A DNA stretch of 64,000 nt, taken from positions 23,560,001-23,624,000 of the forward strand of contig CM119378.1 in NCBI GenBank assembly GCA_051294905.1, read 5' to 3'. The notes below the pieces were generated by a model. The model had not been told where the DNA came from and did not search any database. It was given only the letters and a program-made list of their open reading frames with translations. Position numbers and translations under genes: made by a program. This document shows, in pieces, positions 25,900-36,615 of the stretch (positions are counted from its first letter, which is position 1; each line of letters starts with the position of its first letter). This DNA is from Botryllus schlosseri (lineage: Eukaryota).

Positions 25900-26054
25900 C
25901 GTTGGTAAATTTTACCACCGACCCTAACTACGACTCCAGACATTTTCAAAATACCGCCCCTAACTTCGACTACTACTCCCAATGCTTTAAGCGCACCGAA
26001 TCCGACTATTTTCCTCGCAGAAGTCCGACTCCAACTCCGACTCCAACAGTACTG
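25900..26054. mobile_element. Right end of a hAT-like MITE with CCGACTCC repeats
   Basis: Tandem CCGACTCCAACTCCGACTCCAAC ending CAGTACTG, preceded by decayed copies of the same motif. Confidence 0.55.
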
Positions 26055-26678
26055 CAAATTTATTTCGAACATTATGTGCCACAGTGATGGTTTGATGACT
26101 TTCATATAACCATTAAACACATGCAAACAGATTATTACGTTGGCATGCAAAATTATTTCATTGTGGCACATCGCGAGGTACCCACTATACAATCAACATG
26201 TAAGTAATTATTTCGAAATAGCCTCCCTTTTCCATATGACATATGCATATTAGAATATCAGTGGCTTGTACGTTTAACACATATGAAGACAAGCCATGGA
26301 TATTCTAATATGCATGAATCATTTAAACATGATATGTATAATATATCCCATCCTATATCAATAAAATGTGGATAAAAACAATAAAATCATGGCTCATGTG
26401 TGTGAGTCAGCATATAATACAGAGCTGTACAAATTTTCTTACTGCACATCATACCGATGACAAGCACACACTCTCTCACTAATCATAAACGCTGGCCACA
26501 AACAACATTTCGGGAACAGTCAAATAACATATGTCTACATGCACTTAGTGAAGTATTGATGGACTGGGACTATACTTCATTACGTGCACTACTTCTTAAA
26601 TATCTGTACGTCCCTGGACCCGTACCTATTATCTACTGATTTTGTAGTTATCTAGAAATAGGTACTCGTAGATGATTG

Positions 26679-26805
26679 TTATCGGAGTTTTTCTGATCTC
26701 GGTCATTTCAAGAATTCGGCGTAGGAGTCGGATCGGAGTAGGACCAGAGAATTGAAGATACAGGATCGCACAACAAGTCTTGGACTAGCAGGGTCGCGCT
26801 TTAAC
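26679..26805 (+). repeat. Interspersed repeat fragment (paired with 33365-33508)
   Basis: Both loci share TTATC.GAGTTTTT...GGATCGGAGTAGGACCAG.GAATT...GTCTTGGAC. Confidence 0.65.
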
Positions 26806-27689
26806 TCACGTCTCTGACAGTGTATCAGCAACCATATATATAATCCTATCAAAAAATATTCTCCATTAGCACCTAGATATCCAAATTTGAACGACATCCT
26901 GATGGCGGATTCATATCAGGACATAGATACATACGCATTTGCGATACGCGAATATGACGCGACACCCTAATTGTTCTGACTCAGAAAATCGCCTGCCCCG
27001 TTCGTGTCGGAATGCCTCTCCGGTGCCCACTCAACCGCGTCGCTTGATTCGTTTTTGTTTGTCGTCATATCGCGGGGAGAACTCTTCCTGACCTCGCTGT
27101 GACGAAAATGTGCATTCACAATCGAAATTCCGAAACATATTAGGACCGCTCCAATTGTGGCCGGGTGTGTTTTCAATTCATTGCGAAATACAACGCATCT
27201 CTTTCATGGTGGAAGGAAACCCAGGTGTTGTGCAGTGTTGAATGACAGGACATGAAATGTATTATACTATTAAATGACAACCGTGAGCTGATAAGTTATC
27301 ATTCTTTTTGCACATTGGGAAAGTGGCAGCATATAGGCAACAACGATGTACGAAAAAGTTGGGAAAATAGGATCTATTTCAGCAATGTTTAAGCTAAGAT
27401 AGGATGTCACAACAAATGCTTGGCAACACTGAATTTCTGACATGATACTGCCAACGCGCAGTTGTGAAATGGTTCATGTAGAACAAACGATAGCACCTCG
27501 GATCTGGGGTACTCATAAAGTAGTCAGTCAGTCAGTAAGTAAGTACGCAAGTAAGTTTGTTCTTCTTGCATTCTTTACCCAAGTATTATTGCTTTTTCAC
27601 AACTTCCACTTCTACGTAGCAGTTTTTTAAGCAAAACTACTAACTTTTTACACTTTGTATTTTTGAAGTTGGAACTGGTTTTGGCTAAC

Positions 27690-28390
27690 GCAATGGTTCT
27701 TAAACTTTTTAGGCCACGACCCATTTCTGAGTCGTAGTGGCATTTTCAATGTTAAAATGCTTCGCTTTTACGAGCATGTATGACATAGAGAACTCGCAGA
27801 TAGCAACTGTACCCAGCACAACTCAATGAAACATCTCTGACCCACACGACAAAAAAATCAGTTGCATCATCTTCCTCTGCGGGTCGCATTTCTGCAGCTT
27901 TGGTAATGTCGATTACGATATGATATATCACGATCAAAGGTTTCGGCAAACCAGCCACGGTCATTGTTGGACAAGGTTTTATCACCCCTGATCCTTTCGG
28001 CACCGCCCTTTTTCAAACCACATGTTGCCCAAAACTTCATGTGTGCTAGTGTTGGCCTCGAAATACCTGACTCTCATATAGTCCCTCACCCGTTCGTTGC
28101 ACAACCATAGACTAAAGCATACCAACGGCCTCGGACGTCGTTTACAAGTGAAACCAATGCCGGGAAAAGATTATGATGATGTCAAACCCACTTTTCTCTG
28201 CGTCTCGCTTATTGGCTCTAGCACCCGACACAGTGAACATGGACATGAACGAACTATTCATAGGAAATCGCGTGAAAAATATAAGTAATTCAACAAATAT
28301 CACATACATACTAAAGAATCGGTCTGGTGCCGTTGCGACCCAAAATTATAACCTTCGCGATCCAAACATTTGTCTCGCGAACCCCTGGGC
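27690..28390. mobile_element. Possible old hAT element
   Basis: Left CAATGGTTCTTAAACTTTTTAGGCCACGACCC resembles a hAT start; CGCGA/CGACCC motifs near 28335-28385 resemble a right subterminal region. No TSD or transposase ORF. Confidence 0.3.
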
Positions 28391-31300
28391 TAACGGAAGC
28401 CAGCTTTCGTGCACGACGTGAATTGGGGGATTTAGAAAATGCAGTTGCAGTATTCGTCTTGTGCATTTTTAAAGATATAGTTCTCTTGGTTTCACAGAGA
28501 TGAATGTTAATACCAGAGGTGGTATCGAAGTATGCACACTTTTTCTGATTATTCAAGTAGGTTCCACCTTCTCGTGATACTTACTCAAGCTGTTAATATT
28601 TAAACTACTTCGACATATACCCTACTTCCTCCTCTCACATCAACTCCTTCAGAAAATAATTTGGCGTCATGCTTACCTCACTTTTATGTTTGAAATTGAC
28701 ACACATTAGTAGTGACATTTGTAATTTCGTGGTGGTCGCGCAGATCCACCTTGTATAATTTCGTAAGTAGCCACTGCCGATTGTGATAAAAGTTGGTGAC
28801 CGATCGGCCACATTTTATTTTTGAAATTACTTATGTGAGTACGCTTCATTTCTCCACTTTCTATTTCCAACTGGCGTATGTCCTGGAAATTTCTACTTTT
28901 ACGGGTAAGGAAGTAGAAATACACCAAGTTACTTCTAGTTCAGAAACGCTGGCTTTCGTGACCACCTCTGATTATCACGGTGTTGTAACTAACATCATGC
29001 AGTCGGAACGTACGAAATTTAATTTTTACATGGTTTGAGCGAATCTTCATCACCAATTTATGTATTTCTGTAGGTATTAAAGCGCCAGATACGCTCTTTT
29101 CGTTACTTTGCACAAGATACATTTCTGAGTAATTCATGGTATCAAGTATTGTGTTGAATCCTACGTTCCTGTACGCATACCTTCCAACGTCACTAGGCGC
29201 CTACATTCCTTTATACTACATTTGGGCTTGTTCTAATTTGTCAAGCAATATTTGGATTGAAATGTCTTATTTGATTGATACCGCGGTAGAATTCCGGGGT
29301 AGATTTTGTTCTTGTGAACCACCTTTTTGGTGGGAGTACACATTCTTTTCGCTACGAGGGTACGAAACTCGCAAACGCATATTTGAACTAACCCTAAACA
29401 TTATGTTCGCTCCCACAAAATCCTATTGACAAAAGTAGTTTGTTTCTCCTTTTCCCATTCATAAAGCGATAAATTCGTTGGTGATCCGAGCGCTAAACAA
29501 ACCCGCGGCCGTCGACCTATTACGGCACATTGGAATAAACGCTCCGAATAACTTCCAACCGTACGTCGTCGTCACTTCTGATTGTTTAGCTGCGTGACAC
29601 TAATGTGTCTCGCTAAGGGCGAATCCGCCCTGTTCGTGCCGTCGCCATGGTTACCAGTATGAATTCCTATTCGTTTCGCGTAGTATTTTCCCAGCTTCTG
29701 CCCGTTCCCCGCCACTCACGTCGGCGAGGGACTTTGTTTCGTTAGCTAGGGGGTGATGAAATCCAGGCGCGAAAAGGTCTTGACACGGTCCATCTCAAAA
29801 GCTACTGTAAAAATTTCTGTGGCCAACAGGTATGATGCGGAGATTTTCAGGCGACTCATAATTTTGAAGCGACTATTCAGACGCAGTAAAATTTGACGGG
29901 GCCGCCCACATACATATTGACCTATAATTAGAATGACACGTATAACTGCGAATAGTATTTGGACCATGGTCAAATCTATTCCATGAAAAACATATAATAT
30001 CATCGTGTTAGATTTTTCGGCCGCATAATTTCACAAATTCTGTTACTGGTACGTTGATGGTCGAAAGATATAATATTATTTGCCGAATTGTTCAAGTCCC
30101 TCGGATTTGTCAACATAAATTATATTGTTATGTTACGTGGAAGGTAATAATTTGATTATTAGGACATAATTTGTTGGGAGATTTCAACTCAATGATTTTG
30201 TTCGCCACAATCAATATCGTTTTTTATATCTAGTATACCGGCATCAATTGGCAGAGTGAACTTTATGAAACCTGTCAAATTTTAGTTAGATCACAATTGC
30301 CTACAAAATTGAATTTATAAAGCCTTTCTGCAAAATGAATAGAATTCAAACAAAAATATTTGGTATTTGGTAATATGTTATACTTTGAAATGTTTCATTT
30401 CAGATGACAATATACGGGTTTCATCGCTACATATCAATCGAATTAACTAGATTTAATGCCACGTCAACATTACACATGCGAAATCGTCTTGTTATATTAA
30501 TTATATATTTTTGTCAGATTGCCACTAAACATAACTGCGAGCTTCACAATTTACAACAGATATTGACAAGCCACGATAACAAAAATCATACGATATGAAC
30601 GGAGTGGCAGATTTTGATATATTGGTCCGATAATAAGAGTACTATTACGTTGTTGGAAGTTGCACAAATTCATGCTGGTCCACGTTATGTTATATTATCC
30701 TCGTGTGACAGTTAACAGCGGTCATCACTTGTCAATAAATTTGTACATTGTTAATGGCCCAAGATGGCAAATACAGTTAAAATATGAATTCATGCCGTAG
30801 TCATGTAAATGTGACACACTCATTTACAGACATGGCTTCATATAAATCGATGAAAGGCCGAGGTAACTTTAAATAAAACAAGTCAAAATAGTAGCTACGT
30901 ACCAGCATCAACGGTCTTTACACATTTTCACCTATCGAAGTCTTATTTAAACAGCCCGGAAAGTAGCGGATTAACGAGTTAGATGAAAGTAAAGAAAACT
31001 AATATACCACAGCCGTGGTAATTCCTATTTAGAATTCGCGAAAGATTTTAAAACGACACTTTTGTTTGCTATTGGATTACTGCCGCTCTCGGTTTTACTG
31101 CGTCATATTTTTCTTGCCAGTCTGGAGCATCCAGGGCTATACGTTTGGGACGCAACTCGTGGCAGATGCATCGTGCTCGCGGGTCGGTGAAATTAAAAGA
31201 CGGATATGGCATTGACCGACTGCCGCTATCACGGTGGCTCTCTCCGCCTGCCAATATCCACACTAGCGGTGATCGATGTGATATGGTGGCTTCAAATTCG

Positions 31301-31976
31301 TTTAGAATAATTAGGGCCGCTGTAGTAATAGCGTTCAAGACGGCGAAAGGGCAATGAAACAGAAAAATGGCTTTATAGCTCCCATCCGTCACAAGCAAAT
31401 CGACCGCTTGCTGATCCCTCGCTACGAGCGCGAGACGGGGAAGATTAGCGCTCGGCTCGGCTCTTGCTCTACTGTATACTGTTACGACTTGGGAAACAAA
31501 ATGGCGTGTGGCTATTTGGAGTGATGTCTCGTTCCCGCGATGAAAAGGCAAAGGTCACAAATCCGTTGAAAGAAAAGCTGTCGGCCCATCGTTGGAGAAC
31601 TTACGGACGGGTATTAACACCGCTAGGCAATTATGACTTTAAAATATAGACTTGTGGAGGTATAAACAGCAATTTTTTATCGCAACAAATAATGTGTTGA
31701 TATTTCCATCCAATTTATTTCACTCTGAGCTTTTCAACATTTACAAGACGTTCCATGTCGAATTAGAAAATTGAAGCGATATAACATACACTGGATAAAT
31801 CGAACTACCTGAGAGGCTTGGAGTCGAGTCGTGTATATTTGAGTAACAGTCTGTGTGACGACACAACAGTATAAATGCTGTGCAAATGACAAATATGTAT
31901 TCTTTTGCAACTGCAAAATATGATGTAACGGTAGTTCACATCATATTTAAGATTATTTGGTATTTTTCGTCTACAG

Positions 31977-32476
31977 CAATATGGCACTGGTACATGCCAC
32001 TGAAATTAAATAGAATTATTGCCTAATTGTGCACATTCATTGAAATTTGGTATAACCCAAAAAACAAAACGTAACACGGAATTTCAGATCAGTCCAGTAG
32101 ATCGGTGGTTCCCAACCTTTTTCGACCCATCACCCCCTTTTCAAAATCAACACCGATCATCGCCCCCAAAATTTTGTGTACCGAAAATTGGGCATACAAA
32201 CTGTAATCACCGGCAGGTTGACTAAAAAAAAAAAAGGTCAAATTTTCTGCTCGATATCTAATTTAACACAGTTTTGTAACTAAATTTCTGTGGGTTGACT
32301 AAAAAAAAAAAAAATTTCAGCCGTTTTGACGCGTCATCGCCCCCTTCGCTATTTTCGCCCCCCCGTCGCCCCCTTTGTCCATTTTCGCCCCCCTGTCGCC
32401 CCCTTCGTCATTTTCGCCCCCCCTAGATCGCCAAATCGCCCCCTGGGGGCGATATCGCCCACGTTGGGAACCACTG
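31977..32476 (-). mobile_element. hAT MITE plus 126-bp extension (copy B), 500 bp
   Basis: Perfect 8-bp TSD GTCTACAG (31969-31976 and 32477-32484) encloses the whole unit. Canonical TIR at 32463-32476; internal TIR CGGTGGTTCCCAAC at 32103. Confidence 0.93.
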
Positions 32477-32794
32477 GTCTACAGCTATGTTTCATTGCAT
32501 TTTCTGACAGTGCTGTGAGTGACCACGAGTTCCACCACTTATATGTAGCTTTGTATTACATGTTTAGCATGACGTGATACGACCAGTCTAGGATATACAA
32601 CCGTCTACAGTGAAAAATAGTATAAAAACGATATAAATCTTGTAGATGAACTATTAGTGTCAAGAGCATAGAATTTCAGTAGGCCTACTGTAAAAATGAT
32701 TTCTCAGTAGTCGGCTTGATTTAGTGGAGCTATCAATTGATTGTTCAACATCGATTAGGACACGACCACCCTATCGCCACTCTCAGTGATACCC

Positions 32795-32870
32795 GGGGAG
32801 GTAAGCGTGGTGGTGAGCGTCGGTGTTATCCAAGCAGGCGGCCCTAGTTCGATTCTCGCCGTCGAAGGTT
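32795..32870 (+). mobile_element. tRNA-like head, probably a second SINE family
   Basis: A-box-like TAAGCGTGGTGG (32802) and B box AGTTCGATTCT (32846), followed by a GC-rich body. No canonical cloverleaf; 3' boundary unclear. Confidence 0.5.
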
Positions 32871-33091
32871 ATTCGGGGGTCCTCGTCCCCCGTGTCGCTG
32901 TTCTTTGCGGAGGCGAACAAAAGCCCGGTAAAGAAAGAAAAAGACCAAGAAATAGCATCGTAAAACACTGTGACATCGGACACTAGGTCGAAGTGGATGC
33001 CAGTTCAAGAGACTCCAACTGGTTGGCCGTTCGCCATCCCCCTATCTGTTCATTTACATCGCATTGTGTGTTTTGCATACCGATCGTGCAT

Positions 33092-33116
33092 TGTGTGTGT
33101 GTGTGTGTGTGTGTGT
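33092..33116. repeat. (TG)12 microsatellite
   Basis: Direct read of the sequence. Confidence 0.95.
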
Positions 33117-33364
33117 CTTGTAGGCCGCACCGGAGCCGGACTGGATACCCGGACGTACTTTTTACTAAGAATAGGATCGCCTTACCCTCTTCCACCCTCG
33201 AATCAATAGGTAACGTGAGACCTTCATGGACATAAACTACATGCTAAGTCCAAGTTGGCATAATAACTTCAGATAAGGGTTGGATTTGATCTTTGAGTTT
33301 TCAATTTCCTGTTTGCATTGTTTCAATCAATATTCAATACCATCCCGTGAGTTGATAATTATAT

Positions 33365-33508
33365 TATCAGAGTTTTTTGGAACGGATCACGGCCACTTCT
33401 AGAATCCGGCCATGGGGTCGGTCTGGAGTCGGACCAGAGCTTTAAAAAGCAGGATCGGAGTAGGACCAGGGAATTTGTCGATCCGCTCCGCACTAGTGTC
33501 TTGGACAG
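33365..33508 (+). repeat. Interspersed repeat fragment (paired with 26679-26805)
   Basis: Shared GGATCGGAGTAGGACCAG core and GTCTTGGAC end. Confidence 0.65.
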
Positions 33509-33924
33509 ATGAAAGTATTCACTGACGGTTGATTGATTGGCAACGCGCGACAATGATCAGATAACGGTTTGCAATTGTTCTGTCGTACAACATCTCGTAA
33601 AACACGTGGACGTTGCAAGTAATGGTAAACAGTTTTCTATAGTTAGTCTCTTTTTTAATAAAAGGTTCATGAATTAACCATTTCAGATCTGCAACAGTCC
33701 ATCGCGCCAAAAAGAACATACCAATAATCTGAGGATATTACATTTCCATTATGCGGTTTTCGGGTATTTTTATAGCAGCAAACAGTACGTTAATGTTGCC
33801 AAGTCTATTCCACTCGAATTTGGTTGCTGCAATATTGAAGTTCTGTACTTCGAAAAGCTTATTTTCATAGCGGAATTTGTCTTTGTTACACCATAACTGT
33901 GCCTCGTTATATGCAGTTGGTGAG

Positions 33925-33993
33925 TTGTTATTGTTGTTTGTAGTATTTATGGTGTTTTTCAACTGCGATAGTCATTAGTACCAGGCCGATATT
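33925..33993 (-). mobile_element. 3' fragment of SINE family 1
   Basis: Reverse complement AATATCGGCCTGGT...CACCAT.AATA followed by a CAA-rich tail matches the 23523-23797 tail. Confidence 0.6.
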
Positions 33994-35727
33994 TTTTATT
34001 GGTGAGTATGCGTAGTTGTGCTTGTCGTTACTACGTCATAAGGACGAAATGCTATCTATTTTTCGTATTTGGTTTTACGGGGTACGAGCGTAGGTTCAAA
34101 AGTTTTGAATAGAATGAACTAGCGACATGTTTGTTGTGATAATGAAAATGTTACACCGAAGAACGGTGTTATTTTGAAACACTATGAAATTATCAGTTTG
34201 AATTTTGCTGATGATTTGCCTATAAAATCAAGAACCGTGTGGATGTACAGAACATTTATCGCACAATTTTCATCAAACATAAAATTGATGGCTATATAGT
34301 CAAATCGCCGCTGCGTGGTTTCATGGACCCGATATATGAGGTAGGCTAAAAAACGCATCACCATGAAACCAGCTGTTCGAATATCAAGTATAGCCCCTTA
34401 TCCGAAAGGCATGTTTTCTTCAACAAGGTGTGAAATCGGTAATAGGTGGGTCAATACTCTAAACCAAATATTATTTTTCCAGGTGACTGCCACCGTTTGC
34501 TGAACAGTAAATTGATTAAATTCCGTACTGATGACTTGCGGCTATTTTAATGGTAAAGTGTAGCAAAAATCATTCCGTACGGAATATTTGAAGCTATATT
34601 TTATAGGTCGAAATAGGGTAATAAAACTTGTGACCACGCTGAAATAAATTACTGGCTTAATGTGCTGTTAGTTATAATTCGGTGATTATCTGATGTCAAA
34701 AAGCATAGTTCTGTATACTTAGTCAACTTAGATACAACTGAATTCTCTAACGGGATGCTCACTTCATTTATTTGTAACTGTTTTTTTCATTTACTTATGT
34801 GCCGCAGGTTATTTCTAACAATAACGATCATGACATGACCCTAATATAATAGGCGACTAATGCTTCTATTTATTTTAATCTATTGGTGGCTATACGATGC
34901 TGTGCACTTTTACGCTTTTAAATAAGATAGTAACGCTATTGTGGCACGTTGCAATTTCTTGTAAATCATAGTCGATTGAGACATGTATAGCTATTGCACT
35001 GCTGTATAAGCCTATATAACGCATGAATTTCACATCCACGGCAAAAATACTGGTATTGTAACTTTTATTACCCTTATCATATTTCATCCCTTCATATCGG
35101 TGAATTGAGGCATTTATTCACGTGACATTAGCAAATTGTGATACAGAATCTGTAAGTTTCAGAGTCGAGGATACGACAAACCATACAAAACAGGCTGTCA
35201 CAGTAAATATTGTCTTGCCGTAGATTGACACGAATGAAGATATTCTCTGCATCATTAAGTAAGACAAGTGTATCACACCTTTAGCAGTTTACAGGTAACA
35301 GCAATTCTGGCGAGTGGGTGCCGCGTCATAACCTGCTTTTCATCAGTGCTTAAAGCATCTAGGTCTGCAGGTGCGGGAAACACGTCGACTTCGTAATATA
35401 GATACACCACCGAAACAGATGCGTTGAGAAGTAGGCTATAGGTAACGATGAATTCGCAAGCCACATCACAACACTTGCAGGACCGCATGAAACTGCATGT
35501 CCCTTGATTTATTAGAAGGCGCCCATCGCGCCACGAAGCTTGAATCAGAACAGGCAACGGTCATGAATTCTGCCTTTGATGAACTATGAATTGTAATTCT
35601 AGTTGTAAGAAAAATAATCGAAACGACAGATATCGCGTCGTCGGCAGAGTACTTTCATATTTTCATATATGTACCTTGGAGTCGACTTTGATCAAAATCC
35701 GCTTTGACAGCAGAGAGAGAGAGAGTC

Positions 35728-35880
35728 GACAAGGTAGCGTAATGGCGAAGCGTCCGGCTTCTTGATCGATAGGTCGTGGATTCAATCCTCGGCCGGGTCA
35801 GACCAAAGACCTAATTAGTAACACTGGTATCCATGGCTTCCCCGCTTGGCGCTCAGCATTATCGGAATGACATGGTGGGG
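35728..35880 (+). mobile_element. tRNA-derived SINE (family 3)
   Basis: A box TAGCGTAATGG (35735), B-box-like GGATTCAATCC (about 35778), then GGTCAGACCAAAGAC...TGGTATCCATGGCTTCCCCGCTTGGCGCTCAGCATTA, a body I recall from widespread animal SINEs. Confidence 0.75.
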
Positions 35881-36022
35881 TGGTGCAAGACTTAGAAAGC
35901 CGTGCAGTGTTATTTATGCACCTTCCTTTTCCAGCGGCATATGCACACCATGCACTCATTAGTATGCATATGCACAGATCGTGTGTATGTATAATATACA
36001 TTATATATTATATATTATATTG

Positions 36023-36615
36023 TTATAGAAATTAAACATGGAACGGCAACGACCGATTCTGCAGGTTCGTTCCGCTTCGCCGAGGCTGGAGTGGAGAATT
36101 GTTTTGCGTAAGCGACTGTAGGATTTCTGAGAATCCAAAAGCTATCTTCCCTAGCGCAGAAATTATTTAATCTGGTATTGATCGAAAGCTACTGTTGCAC
36201 CGATTCCGAAAATATAAATTAAAATAATGATCAGGCACTTATCCACCTAGAATCCGTCCTCCAAGTCTGAAATATCGGCATTGTTCGAACAATCGGAGAG
36301 TCGCAACGGGTCATTGTTATGGCCATTGTGTTGCGGTTACCCGTTTGTTCTGAACAATGCCGATATTTCAGACTTGGAGGACATATTCTAGGTGGATCAG
36401 TGCCTGATCAATATTTTATTTTATATTTTCGGAATCGGTGCAACAGTAGCTTTCGATCAAGACCACATTCAATAATTTTTGCGCTCGGGAAGATAGCTTT
36501 TGGATTGCCAGAAATCCTACAGTCGCTTACGCAAAACAATTCTCCACTCCAGCCTCGGCGAAGCAGAACGAAGCTGCAAAATCGGTCGTTGCCGTTCCAT
36601 GTTTAATTTCTATAA
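36023..36615. mobile_element. Foldback element: about 590-bp near-palindrome
   Basis: Two arms of about 285 bp (TTATAGAAATTAAACATGGAACGGCAACGACCGATT... / ...AATCGGTCGTTGCCGTTCCATGTTTAATTTCTATAA) with a spacer of about 20 nt; TATTATAT-type repeats on both flanks. Confidence 0.9.

Noticed and set aside
26967-27176. Signal-peptide-like ORF MKTHPATIGAVLICFGISIVNA
   Set aside because: TTG start, an upstream in-frame stop and no in-frame ATG or convincing acceptor.
21565-32225. Near-identical ORFs MPNCAHSLKFGITQKTKRNTEFQ... at 21565-21792 and 32019-32225
   Set aside because: They arise from the duplicated MITE unit, start at TTG and have no transposase similarity.
33245-33290. Short resemblance to 28S rRNA (AAGTTGGCA...TAACTTC.GATAAGG.TTGG)
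   Set aside because: Only about 30 nt with gaps, and the flanks do not continue the rRNA sequence.
35273-35400. DEKQVMTRHPLARIAVTC resembling a PTB-domain segment
   Set aside because: A single short by-eye match with weak splice sites and no neighbouring exons.
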